NCBI GenBank assembly: GCA_030141605.1
Contig: JAQGDQ010000470.1
Location: 62,001 to 126,000, forward strand
Origin: Tubiluchus corallicola
Taxonomy: Eukaryota > Animalia > Priapulida
Length of the DNA stretch: 64,000 nucleotides
Direction of reading: 5' to 3'
Part shown: positions 25,756 through 41,806 of the stretch, piece after piece
Numbering within the stretch: position 1 is the stretch's first letter
Layout: every line of letters starts with the position of its first letter
Made by a program: the position numbers and the translations under genes
The notes under the pieces: generated by a model
What the model was told of the DNA's origin: nothing
What the model saw: only the letters and a program-made list of their open reading frames with translations
Database searches by the model: none

Positions 25756-26103
25756 ACTTCATTCGTTTTTTTAATGTTAGTCGTAGTCCGTAAATAGATC
25801 TGCAAATGTACCGAAACTGAACTGTGAGTGTGAGCCTGAAATATAGCATTGTAATCAAACGTGAACTGAATAAAGCGTTTTGACAACTTTTACTAAGAGG
25901 TCCCTTGTTGATGGAAAGCAATTATTTATCCGAAATCTACGACGACTAAATCTGGAGTCTCATCCAGATGTTGACGTTTTTGTTAGCTAAACTGCTCAAT
26001 ATTATTTTTGTTAGCTAAATAGCTAGTGCGTACTACATAAAACGCGCTAATTGCTAAAAACTGAAGACGTTGCTCTGTGTAAGTTTATTGTAAGCACGGC
26101 TAA

Positions 26104-29169
<3,066 letters not shown>

Positions 29170-29592
29170 AACCCATTTAGCTATATTATTTTGCTGTACG
29201 TTTGTATACACGTATTGTTATGAAGCTTTAATTCCAGGTTACCCATTATAAGCTATTATGTGTTCTTATATTAAAACTTAGTATAATGGGCATTGTAAAC
29301 TAACTAAAATTTTATGTTGTAATTAATGTTTTTGTTACAATAATGTTAAGAAAAAAAATTGTTACGTCTTTGTTGACAGGTGATTGATTTTCAAGAATAT
29401 CTGTATTAATTAAGAAAAGTTGTCATTTTTTATTATTGTGACATTGATAAATTATGTTTATTAACTATAGACCAGATTCTAAAAGGTAAAATCTACAGTT
29501 TTATCCTTGGTAGTTAGGCAGTTAGGAGTTAGGCAGAAAGAAACCACAGATGCAATCATCAACTTTTGAGGTCCCACGGTCTTACTGGTTAG

Positions 29593-30076
29593 TGGTTGGT
29601 TGGTTGGCATCTTTTTATCTCAGAAGACAATGGAGTGTGCATCAAGAGAGTCAGTTATTGATCACATTGATGGAGCTGCAGCGTCGACTGTCGCTGAGCA
29701 GTGCGATCCTTGAACGTCTCCTGGGTGCACGCATGTGTCTTTGAAAACATACAGTTGCGCGAGACAGATATTCCTTTCTGACTTTGTCATTTACTTCAGT
29801 TGTAGCAATCCTTTTGTCTCGGAAGACAATGGAGTGTGTGCCAAGAGAGTCAGTTATTGATCACATTGATGGAGCTGCAGCATTGACTGTGGTCAGCAGT
29901 CCGATACTTAAACGTCTCTAGGGTGCACGCCTTGGCAAGGTGTATGGAGATCCCGCAAGCCCACAGCACCTGGTATTGCTAGGCAGTCACCCATCCAAGT
30001 ACTAACCAGGCTATACGTTGCTTAACTTCGGTGATTAGACATGAACCGGCATTTTCAACGTGATTTGGTCGTAGTT
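29593..30076 (-). mobile_element. 5S rRNA-derived SINE, copy 1 (5S head 30076-29957, short body, duplicated 3' segment)
   Basis: A 120-bp 5S-like sequence without an oligo-T terminator runs into a body whose 3' part (about 29800-29930, again at about 29593-29731) matches 47163-47277. Confidence 0.8.
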
Positions 30077-33000
30077 AGTAATTATTCAAAAAGTCCTTAA
30101 TTGCTATTAAAGCAAGGAAAGTAAGACAGCACAATGGTGTCTACATATAGTGTTACTACATATGGTTACTACATATAGCGTGCTTAAGAGCAAGTATTTG
30201 CCCTGTAATTCACCCTGTAGCTCTGATTTTAAGAAAGGTGGTTGCTAATTTAATTAGACGTACTGGCTACATGTATTCTTGGCAAAACCAGTTGCTAAAA
30301 ACTTCATGATATGTATCAGATATCCATATAGGCAGAAGAGATTGGGAAAGTTGCAGCTGCATTAACGTGGAGAGAGAGCATTTACCTCAGTATTTTTTGT
30401 TGAAACTGTCATTGTACAGTAAGATGTTTGTTGTGTTTGGACATTATGACATAGACCACTAGTCATCATAAATAAATATTTGTAATGCTGCCACTCTAAT
30501 AATATTAACAGTAGTTACTGTTATTGCCTCCTGCAAAATATTTGTGGTTTTGTCAGTTACTGTCTACAGCAATGCAGATTAAATTGCTAGTTTCATTGTT
30601 TCTTGCAATTACACCTAGCTTACCGGAACAAGAGAAATTGCTGGCACTAAACAAAGTGAATTTGTGTCTTAAAGATTCTGTACCAGCAATTAACCCTCAT
30701 TTTTTTCTGTAAGTTTTTATAGGTACCAGCGCCCATGAAACATGGTGCTCATTATTATGCATAGCCACCTGTTTGTTACTTCAAATTCAAGAAAATTCAT
30801 ATCCATATAATTGTTGCGCCATCACCATAATGTTTATCAAAAAAGATTTTAATGTTGGGAACTGAATATGACTAGCCAGATATCTATTATAAAATTCATT
30901 ATAAATGTATGGTTTTGTGGGGGGGGCTGCCATTCGGTGTAGGGGTAAGAACATGACCATTTATAATGAGTGGCCATGGAGTTTCAATCGGTAATTTCGG
31001 ATTTCAGAGGAACAGTGGCGGCTCATGTATAGGTACCGTGGTACTGCAGCAACCCCTGTTTTCACACATTATCATCGTTAATATTCAATATAATAATTTT
31101 TTTCTCAAGTTCTTTCTTTATACTTGTGCCGAACCGGCGCACGTGAAGGAAGTACAATTTGATTAACAACCCAAGCAACGTGGTGTTTGGCTGTTGTACG
31201 CATGTGGCCAGGCGCACATGTCTGAGATAAGACACTGTACTTTAGGTAGAAAGAGTACTGTCGCTCACTGCAGTACGTGTTGTCAGTTGTCACGTGTTTA
31301 AAAGCCGCGTATCGGCATATCCTTGAACTGCAACAATTTAAGCTATTCGTAAGAAAATTTTTTGTTTAGTAGTTTATCAAGGTTATGTTTAAATTAGTTT
31401 GTTTTTTTTTAAATTACAATTACAACATTATAGTTACATATGTTTGTTTCCTTTTACACAGTATTAAAACAATGGCTAAAAATTTTTAATTTGGCAGCAC
31501 GCCCACTAATTTTATCTACGAGTTGCCACACCAGCGGAATGAAACGTTACCTAAGACTGTCAAACGAATAATCATCTATCGGATGTAAAAATTATACTGT
31601 AGGAAAGTATGGCCTTCTTTTCCATTATTGACCATTCCACTGTTAACCATTTCATTGAAGATTTAATTTTTCACGTTCACATCATCAGTAGGGGTGAGCA
31701 TTCTCTACTAGACATCGAATTCGAATTGAATCGAATTTGTGACTCGAATTCGAATCAAATGGAATTTCAGTGTTTCGGTTTCGAATTGAGTTGGAAAGAT
31801 TTTCGAACAAGTTTTCGATCTTTAGTAAAAAGCGGCCTTGCAAAGATCGTGCATATTACGCAATTTTGGTATGCAACAAAACCACTAATAATTAGCTTAA
31901 AAATTGTGCACAGAAATCATTGGTAAATTGTGCTAATTGCGTGATTACCCCCACTTAGCAGCACTATTACAATGTTTAATGGTTGACACCAAACAAGCAA
32001 AACTTGTATAATACTTAGAGCCATGTATAAATGTACTTGTCTTGTAATTATTGACCCAGAGAAGACAAAAATTTTATATTATTTTATGTAACATAGCTAC
32101 TGAATTTTATTGCAAATATTGTCTAACATAACAGAATTGTAATTTTATGTTGTTGTCCAATATTCCGGCCTAGAAGTCAGATGTCTAAGCTCGGATGTCT
32201 TGTGATGAGGTCATTTATTATTAATTGCTAATCATTACCAAACTATCATAATTACAGTTATAATTAACTGACTTTTTAACCTGTGAAAATACTCAACATA
32301 CAGTTGATAAAGCAGGTGAGAACGTAGAGCACATTAAACTTATCAACTACAAATGTGGAAAGCCCGACTCTTCAGATGTGAATTGTAAATACATTACAGT
32401 TTCGCATTTGTTTCTGTGTTTGGAAAATAAATGCCTTTGAATCATGACACCGTTAACATCACAGTATGCAAGAAATTCTTATAAACGTGACTGCCTGGCA
32501 GTTAGACAACAATAATTATTAAGCTCTATCAAAAAAAAGGATTAGCAGGAATGACCGATAGAAAAATATTAATTTGTGAAATAAAACCGCGTAAGTCAAC
32601 TGCAACCATTTTTGCGTTGTGACGCCTGGTGCGACACACGTGATTGCCTGAGTCATGGTGTCACATTACGATCTTAGATGTATTACTGCTACTACTACTA
32701 CGTAAGTGATTTACTAAATAGAGCGTATTATGATGCTGATATGGAAACATGTCTTACCTTCATGTAGTAGCTAAGTACTTGGTACTACATATATTAAAAC
32801 TTGAAACTGTAAGCAAGTCTGAGTAATATTTGCAATGGTAAAATAAATAGATAAAAGAACCGAAAGACATTCTTTGGAGTGTAGACATTTAAGTTTTAAA
32901 ATCCCTCTATTGCAAGTATTAATTAGACAATAAGGCTTAACATCCTTTGGACCTTGCATCCTTTTTTCTTTAAAGATAATGTGTAGGTAACATAACTTCC

Positions 33001-34820
33001 GTAAGTTGTTATAACTTCTATATAATTTTCATATAATCTAACTTCTGTAAAATGCTGAATATATTAAGCGTTGCAAAGACATAAGCTCGATTTCCTATTT
33101 ACGATGTCAAGACACTTCGACTTTCAAAGTTTTACCATCATCTTTCAGCTTACTAACTTTGCTCATGACTCTTATAGCCCTGGCTGGCTTTTTCATACAT
33201 TTTTCTGTAAAGAAAAGTCGGTCAGACTTTCTTATCTTGGTTGTAGGTCCTTATTCTGACCTAGGATACAAAATGTACAATTTACTACATACAATAATTG
33301 CAAAAATGTTTCTGTTATATCATTATTATCTTGGGAACTTTTAGTTAGAAAAGTAACAGTCCACAAGCTTAACTCATTTCCTCATCACTTATTACGATTT
33401 TGCTATGCTTGGTAACACACCTACATTAGGTACACGTTTACGGAAGTCAGCGTTCCAACAGTGTTGCGGTGTCACTTTGCAATGGAATACTCGGCAATTT
33501 TTCAAAAGTTCAAATTTCTAGTTAATCACTTGGCGATGTATACATGATTTTAGTAGCTGCAACTGTAGGTCTCCTAGACGCATTGTAGCTCATCTAAATA
33601 AATCTGGCTGCATTGACAAATGGTGAAATCTGATAAAATTCTTTAATATACATCATTCTCTAAAAGATGGTTTCTTTTCACAAAGTTTTGTTATCTAAAT
33701 GGGATACTGTTTCCTTTTCGCATTTGTATTAATTTCAAGATAAACATGGTATAGCCCTAATTAATAAGTGTACGTAATATGTACTTCATAGATCGAGAAC
33801 TATGTTATTAGTAAGAAATAATTTGTTGAAATTAAAGTATTTAAATTATCAACCAAAGCAGAATTTCTTGGTGTAGTACAAGGTAGTATTAATTTTTTAT
33901 ATCATTTGTTACTTTACTGCTGATATTCGTTCTAAATATTGATATTACTCAAGTTTGCTGATTCAACTTGTTTTTGCAAACGTGACGTAGAATCCCCCGC
34001 AAAATGTGTTTTTAGTTGTAACATGAGTATTATTTATTATTTATTTATTGTTATTTCAAAGTGAGGGAAAAAGCTGAATGATCAACATGTGGGACAGAAG
34101 CTAGATTAGAGCTGCAATACTACCTCCTGCTATCTGTCTCATTAAGAAAAAGTGTGTTATACATCTGAACGTGGCAAAGATATCTGGTTCTATATCTCAT
34201 CTTAGTGGATTATCAAGGTTCTGGTCCTGTCACAACCATTTTCATGGTAGGTAGATAACACTGTTCAGATTTTGTCTTGTTCGTTTCAGTATGATTTTTC
34301 ATATCATACCCTATTTTGAAGTACCTTAATTAAGTATACATTTTAACACCTATAATAATGCCAGAGAGATTCTGATAATTGAATAATAGATTAAACACTT
34401 GATTAGCAGTCAATGAGCCCAATTAGTGATTGACTTCACAAAATTTGAGCAAATTTATGTTTAAAAATTGAAATTCCAAGCTATGGGCAAAATGCATGTA
34501 GCAGCAAAGAACATGCTGTATGAACATGAAATTAAACTGCCTCAGTTAGTAATAATTCTATTTCGTAAGTCGCTCTTGAAAAAAAATTCTCTCAGTACTT
34601 TATAGTTACATGATTTATTTGTAGTTTATACATTACATAATTTTGAGCTATTGTTCAAGGTGTGGGGTTCTATTCCTCTCTGAGGATAATTCTTTAAGAT
34701 GAGATACTGACTTGCTTAACAGCAAAATTGCCAGGCTGTTTTTGTTAAGCTGATGTCTTAGGCATTTTTTGCTTTTACAGAATGTGCTCACTAGCTTCAT
34801 AGCAGCTGTTTAAAGTAACC

Positions 34821-35660
34821 ATGGCAACCACAATTGTCACAACATCGGCAACCAGCCGTGTTCCTCCGGGCGTTATCACAGTGCCAGTGGACCAACGATA
34901 CCAAGCGATTTCTACAACCATTCGTAGACTTTGTATTGGCCAGATAATAGTTGGGCTTGCTATTTGCGCTTATGCTGTTGCTATGGAATTCTATCTAAAT
35001 CATTACGATTTGGTTCCTGGAATAATTTGCGGTTGTGTTGCATTTCTTACGGGAATAGTCGGAACGAGAGTGGTGACGCCACGGAATCTGTTGTCTTACC
35101 CTCGCAGGTCCATTATTGTTGTGTTGATTCTCTGTGTTATTTGTTTCTTTTTGAGCATTTACCTAACAATCCATCGATTTGGAAACCTACATATATATGC
35201 AATCTACAGCGTCGTCGATGGTATTTTAGCGATCTGTGAAGGTATACTCGCTCTCTTCACTGCAGTATGGTGCTGCCGAATTGCATGCGGTGACAATTTT
35301 GGCGCAACTGTACCGGTAGCGGCTGTTACACACCCTCCACAAAATCCGGTTGTTGCAACACAGGTTTCTCAAGCACGGCCATATCCACAGCAACAGTACT
35401 TGCAACCACAGCCATATCTTCAACAGCAATATTCTTCGCCATCACAGCCTCAGTATTTTCAACAGACACAGCAACCGTATTATATTCAAGGTCAGCCTCA
35501 GCCACACTATTATACCCAGCAAAGCCAACCGCTACAACAGCAGGCAGCGCCACCAATGCCTTCTGCTCCATTTCATGAAACGCCACATGGCTCGCGTCCA
35601 GAACCGAGCGCACCACCGTCTTATGATGAAATTGAAGGTGTAAAACCGCCAGGAAATTAA
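34821..35660 (+). CDS. Four-transmembrane MS4A/CD20-like protein with a Q/P/Y-rich tail
   Basis: 279-aa ORF with four hydrophobic segments (starting LCIGQIIVGLAI), a juxtamembrane WCCR and a tail ending in PSAP and EPSAPPSY. A splice acceptor lies at 34780, just upstream of the ATG. Confidence 0.8.
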   Translation: MATTIVTTSATSRVPPGVITVPVDQRYQAISTTIRRLCIGQIIVGLAICAYAVAMEFYLNHYDLVPGIICGCVAFLTGIVGTRVVTPRNLLSYPRRSIIVVLILCVICFFLSIYLTIHRFGNLHIYAIYSVVDGILAICEGILALFTAVWCCRIACGDNFGATVPVAAVTHPPQNPVVATQVSQARPYPQQQYLQPQPYLQQQYSSPSQPQYFQQTQQPYYIQGQPQPHYYTQQSQPLQQQAAPPMPSAPFHETPHGSRPEPSAPPSYDEIEGVKPPGN

Positions 35661-36234
35661 GTAGTTTACATCTCCTAGAATCCCTAGTTCATTATATATT
35701 CTAACAACGTTTATAGAAGACAGTTTGGAAATGTGAATCGTGCTTTGATTTGTGTTAGCTCCACGACAAATCTGTTGCAATTAGAAGTGACTGTATTGAC
35801 TGTAATGGAATTTCTTCATAATGTGAGGCAGAGCCTTTATGAATTTCAACAGTTCTTCCTAACTAGTGATTAGTATTTCTAGAGACTTGGCCTACAGTAC
35901 ATAGAGCAAAAACAGAATTAACAAAATGAAAGTGGTAAAAAATAGAAGATGAATTTTTGTTGGTAGCAGAGCAAAATTCTGCTTCCTGCGTTGGTTTCCA
36001 GTATTGAACGTCTTGAAGGACAAGAGAAGGGGCACCTGAAGTAGGTTTCAAAAAAATTGCCTTAAAAATTATATGTCTTTACAGCAATTTTATGCATGTA
36101 TCGTACTCGCGTTGAATGTTTTCATTTTAAATCTCCTGCAATACTGTTCCGATGGCGCCATCACGTAAATCGGGGGAAGAAAAGGCAATGTTAAATTGTG
36201 ATTTTTCGTAATGTTTTTCCTATATAAAAATCTT

Positions 36235-36633
36235 CATATATAAGATACTCAGATATAAGGTACTAAGGGACTTGTGGTTAAGGGACGATCTCTTCAGGTC
36301 CCGCATAATAGAAACCCAGGTAAATTACCTCGCATATAAGGGACCCTATGATCAAAGCAAAATTGATCGATTTTTAACTTCAATTTTTCGCAAACTTGAC
36401 CTTCGAACAACTCGGTTTTTGCTGTCACATACATCTCACATCACTGAAGGAGCTTTCTACATGCCATTTGCACTGAATGTGTAGCAATAATCCCTAAAAA
36501 TATGGGTAAACGTACAGAAAAGTACAGGTGTAGATACACCCTCGGTCTGACTCAACTTCGGCTATAAGGGACATCGGATATAAGGGACGGTTTTTTATGG
36601 TCCCGAGGTGTCCCTTATATCCGAGGTTGACTG
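36235..36633. mobile_element. Truncated pogo/Tigger-type MITE
   Basis: Right end cttatatccgaggttgactg followed by TA, with repeated gatataagggac subterminal motifs. The left TIR is not intact. Confidence 0.6.
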
Positions 36634-39407
36634 TATTTTTCTAAAGAACCAATGCACGAGCTGTTACATGGCAAATTTAACGTGGAATTTTCATTTAATT
36701 TTGTATTTTTTCTTTCTGTTTAAAAATTTATAAGTCTTGCCAAGTAATTGTTCTTTATTGTGCAAACTCAAAGCTCATAATGTCAGCTGTGTTTGCATAA
36801 TCTCGCTATACTGATGTGCTATTTTGTACTACTTTAAACTATTAACTTCTGTTTCCTATATGCAATGCAATAGGGGAAAAATCAGGAATTAGCTGTAGAA
36901 CTGGTTTTGTAGATTCCGAATTTGAATAAATTCTGTTTAGACTAAACTTATTTTAAACAACCGTGTCTCACATTTATCTATTCTGGTATCTTGCTGTATA
37001 AAAATATTATATTTAGCTCAGTTATTTAGAATCTCAGACATCTTGCTAGATATTTCTTTTAATATAATTATGTTATTGATGTCATTGATTACGATGCTTT
37101 AACTTGTGCTACAAATCATTGCGCAAATTAACATTTTTGTTTCAATAATTTACACTGTTTTTCAGGGTTCAAGATGTCATAACTATTACATTACTTTATC
37201 AGTGTTTTTCATTAAGTTACTTATTCATGGTGCTATGATTATTTGTAAATATAACTGTCCTTAATGAAAGTGTAACATAGTTATGTTAATGTCTTTTTGA
37301 ATTACATGTATGTAAATCTATTTATATTTTTATTATTGTTATTATTATTATGATATTAAAAAGAACTGAATCAAATTGTGACTTGTTATATCCTAGAAAT
37401 TTGTAAATTATATAATTTACTAATATTAATATATTAATATTATTAATATAATATACTGTCATATTATTAAAAGAACATATAAAATAATTAAGTATAAAAG
37501 CTTGAAACCACATTTCAAACTGAAAGAGTTCTAAGATCACCCAAATGTATTGCTAAGTGTTCGTTTTCTGTTTCTGTGAGTTCATCAGTTGTATACTCAT
37601 GAAAGCGATGGAACAATGCAAAACTTGTGTGGTACAGACAACATATATGATATGCAATTTTGTTCATGTTTTTACCAGAGTAATCAATTAATCAACAAGT
37701 AGTCTGCGTATTCTCTATGCTGCTGCATTGTTTCGTTTAAATTTAACTGCTCAAAATGGAAGGCTTTCGAATTTAACTTTCTCAGCTCGAAAATACTCAT
37801 TAGCTACAGTAACTGTTCCAAGTGTTTTGGGAACAAGTCATCAGGGTTGTGATTTTTATTAGTTCAAAGAAAGTTGACAAAACGAACAACAAAAATGTTC
37901 AATATTACATGGTTTTTTGTCGATTGTTTCCAAGCTTAAATTTAAATACTTTTTTAAGTTAAAAAACATTATTTTGATCACAGTGGCAGGCTTATAGCCA
38001 GAGGTCTGGATTTTTGGGTTAGTGAGCCAAAACTGGTCTGTGTGTCCCGTCTCGTTTTTATTGTTCATGTAATAAGTTTTTTGCCAGTTTTGCTACACGA
38101 AGTAGCGGATTCCGTGATAACAATAAACTGTATTCTAGGCGACATCTATGTAGTTGGACATAAAAAGCCAATGCTTCGCATTCCGGACTAGGTCATCTAT
38201 TTAAAAAACGTAACCGAGAACAGGTAAAGAGTAATTGGAGCGCCAAATGTTGCTTTATAAAAACACTGGTTACTATGGTGTTTGTTAGCCCTTATAGGGT
38301 TACCCAGGGGTGAAAAATTACCCCCAGACCAGTTTTTTGCATTTTACCCTTTTCCCAAACGCATCCCAGTAAACCTTTTCTATGACTTTTTCTAAATATG
38401 TTTTGTGCACAAAATACTTTCAGTTATTTATTTTAGGCGCATTGTCTCACCACGAAATAAAAGTGAAAATGCAAAATGTCGATTTTTTAAATTGTCAAAA
38501 CTTTACTTCGCTTGTCTATACATTATACATTATTAATATCTATACATTAATTACTCCACCTAAAAGAAGATAGTAGAGAATAAATTCAAAATAACAATGA
38601 TTTTTGCACACACGCTACCAATGTCGGTTGTCTACTGTTATTCACGGCGAATCGTTTACAAGAGCAGGCAATGAGTTCCACATTGGAACAACGCGATTTG
38701 AGAAAAATTCATGAAAATGTGTCTTACATGTACGCTTTGCAAACAGCTTTAACGAATGATTACTTTTTTATTATTTAAAGTTTTGGTAAAAATGTTTCCT
38801 TGTTTAAATCAACATCCTTATGCACAAATCAGAAATTATGGGTGTTTCTAATCTCAGGATTTGTAATCTATAAATCTGTCTCGTAATTAATTCTCCATCC
38901 ATTACAAAGACGTATAAAGAAAAAACCCTAGTGTTACACGCTACAATAATATTAGCAACCAGACGAATGCGTGCATAATAAAGTAGTATTTATTACACTA
39001 ATTAGGAACTTAAACAAAGAAGACCGGAACAGCAAGACAGTCTAGAATGCAGAACACTCCTAAGCAATCACCAAGATCTTTGATCTACATAAACCATATA
39101 TATGGTATTGTTACACCTACGATTGAAACTAAGCATGGTCTGGTTTATTTAACAATTCACAAGAGTATCACTAACAATGCCCAAACACAATGAAAAATTG
39201 TAGTTAAATGAGCTGCGTTGACAGTTAAACTAAAATTTACCATACCGCTGCAATAGCATTGAAACCAAACTCGCTAAACAGATTTGAACGTCACAAATTT
39301 CTCTTTTTCTTAATCTTTCGCTGCTCCTTCTCGCTACAATGAAATATGAAAATAATTAAGATGAATTTTAAACTGCCAATGAGAAAATGAATTGAATTGA
39401 ACAAACC

Positions 39408-39673
39408 AGACGGTTTAGTCTAGTGGTAATGCGTCTTCTTTCCGTCTGGGAGGTCTGGAGTTCGAACCAGCGGCTGGGTCATACCAAAGACTTTAAAAAT
39501 GGTACCGCTGTTGCTCTGCCTGACGCGTGGTGTTTAGGGTAAAAGTGGGGTAATAATAGTCTCTGTTATGTAGTTGTAGGTTGTTATTTACAGTGGGCGA
39601 TAACAGCTCTCAGAGCTAATGTTAATTGTTGACCCAAAAGCCGACTTTAATATTATTATTATTATTATTATTA
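39408..39673 (+). mobile_element. tRNA-derived SINE with a Meta-type central domain
   Basis: A-box (tagtctagtgg) and B-box (gttcgaacc), then ggtcataccaaagactttaaaaatggtacc, which I recall as the MetaSINE core. It ends in (ATT)n. Confidence 0.7.
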
Positions 39674-41067
39674 CAACATTGAAACGTACGTTAAACATGT
39701 AACTTTGAGCCCCAAGGTGCTTTAATGTTATAGCACTTACGAACTGAAACTAATTAGTAAACAATCTGTCTCGTAAAAATACATATTACATCACTGGTTT
39801 GCCTATACTGGTCTCAGGCGTCTGACTTGTAAAATAAATGGTCCCTGGTTCAAATTCAGGTTGTATTCCAATTTTCCACTTCCTTGTTTTTAAAGTTTGC
39901 TAACAAAATTTAATTAATCGTGAGTCACTCAATTAATCTCACAAATAACATTTCGAGGCGATTTCGTTTCCACACTTGAACTTAATATTTGTTATGGCAA
40001 TGGATAATTACAGTATAAAGATACGATAAAGGTGTGTCAGTATGTCTATATGCTAAGTAATTAGATAGTCTTATGCGTGTGTCTACAGCGCATAAGACCC
40101 TTGCACGTAACACTTTTTGAACCTTTGTGCTGTGACTTGATTTGAGTTTCTGTATCTTATCGATACTGTAAGTGTAGTTCATTTTAAGCATTTGCAGCTT
40201 CTAATAATCCCGAATATAAATTTTTGCACATGATTACGAGCTACAAGGATTCTCCTGCACGTGCGAGTTTTCTGTTGGAGAGGAACCAAAGCTGACAACG
40301 GATTTTGATGTGAGTTTGTGTCGTTACCAATGACGTTTCTTCTACATTTAAAAAAATCATCAACGAATTTTCACTCGTCAATGGCGCTGAGTAAAAAACT
40401 GAAAAATTTGTCGGCTTATAATTTAGCTGTTTTTAACGAAACAAAAAATATGTGAAGTAATACAAAAGGAAGTCATTACACTGGTATGACTAGGGTATTC
40501 TTCTATGCAAACCTAGCAGAATAACTATGAATCAGTGAAGTTTTCATATAATAGTAATTAAATTAATAGTGGTGGTAGATTGCACGGTAGTATACTGCGC
40601 TGCTGTATTCATTACAGACCTAAAATACACGGACCTTTCTCGCCATTTTTCTTACTTTGTGCGTTTATTTATTTATTTACCATGCAGCCTCACAGTTTGT
40701 TTTAGGCACCTTTTACGTTTCAAGTAAGAAAAAAAGTTTAAGTAAGTTGAACAGTTGAACTAATTCAGCAGTCTACCTAATGTATTAGGTAAAAACATTA
40801 CAAAAATATTAACGTAAAAATATTACAAATTTAGCTGTCTGACTTTATACTGAAAACTTGTTGTGTTTTTGGTAAGAATTGGCGGCGGGCTACTTTTTTT
40901 CAACACGAATAACGTCATTGAAAGAGGAATGGGCACTGAAGATGGTAGAGTTCAAGCATGACGTGCTCGCACGAGGCATTTACCGCAGTTTTATTACTGA
41001 AACCTTCTAACGTTTTTCGTGATCATTCAAATAGGCCTGACTTCCCAGAAAGTTTGGCCTTTCCTTC

Positions 41068-41326
41068 AAGAGCCATTGTGCTCATTTTTACTGTAGCAGT
41101 ACAATGGATACAGTGCTGCTTTAAGAGCCATTGTTCTCATTTTTACTGTAGTAGTACAATGGATATAGTGCTGCTTTAAGAGCCATTGTTCTCATTTTTA
41201 CTGTAGTAGTACAATGGATATAGTGCTGCTTTAAGAGCCATTGTTCTCATTTTTACCTGTAGTACAATGGATACAGTGCTGCTTTAAGAGCCATTGTTCA
41301 CATTTTTACTGTAGTAGTACAATGGC
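41068..41326. repeat. 55-bp minisatellite, about 5 copies
   Basis: Unit aagagccattgttctcatttttactgtagtagtacaatggatatagtgctgcttt starts at 41068, 41123, 41178, 41233 and 41287. Confidence 0.92.
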
Positions 41327-41806
41327 TCTAGTGTAGTAGTACAGTTTAAACTCTATCCGGGTAGCTTATTTTAATAGAAGACGAAATTTTTTAAATTAAG
41401 AAATGATTGTAGCGTATCTGGCACCTGCAGGAATCTCGTACTATCACAGTTTGTTCATTTACATAGAAAATCTGCTTATATAACCTCGCAAATAGATTGA
41501 TGTTTTCATTGTTGCTGATGCTGTGAATTCTGACACATTATATAAATCGAATGCGTTCAAATTGTAGAATGAACTTTTATTTTTAAATGTTCAATTTTTA
41601 TAAATTTTTAAGGCCATTTTAGTGAGTTTGTAATTATTTTTATTATGTTAGTTATAATTTAGTTTTATCTGTAATTTTGTAAATATTTGTATATGGGACA
41701 TTTTTGCCTGAAATAAGAAATATAATAATAATAATTGAAACTGCAACTCCTCTTTTCAGAATTTCTATAAATTGCTGGCAACATCAACAATCGTCTTGAA
41801 CTCACC

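Noticed and set aside
31690-31820. Cluster of TTCGAA palindromes after taggggtgagc, and single TIR-like ends at about 23028, 38285 and 59365
   Set aside because: They look like DNA-transposon termini, but no matching second end or TSD could be found by eye.
38862-39088. Possible second solo LTR (TGTA...TACA with AATAAA)
   Set aside because: No convincing TSD, and only a short motif is shared with the 17.3-kb element.
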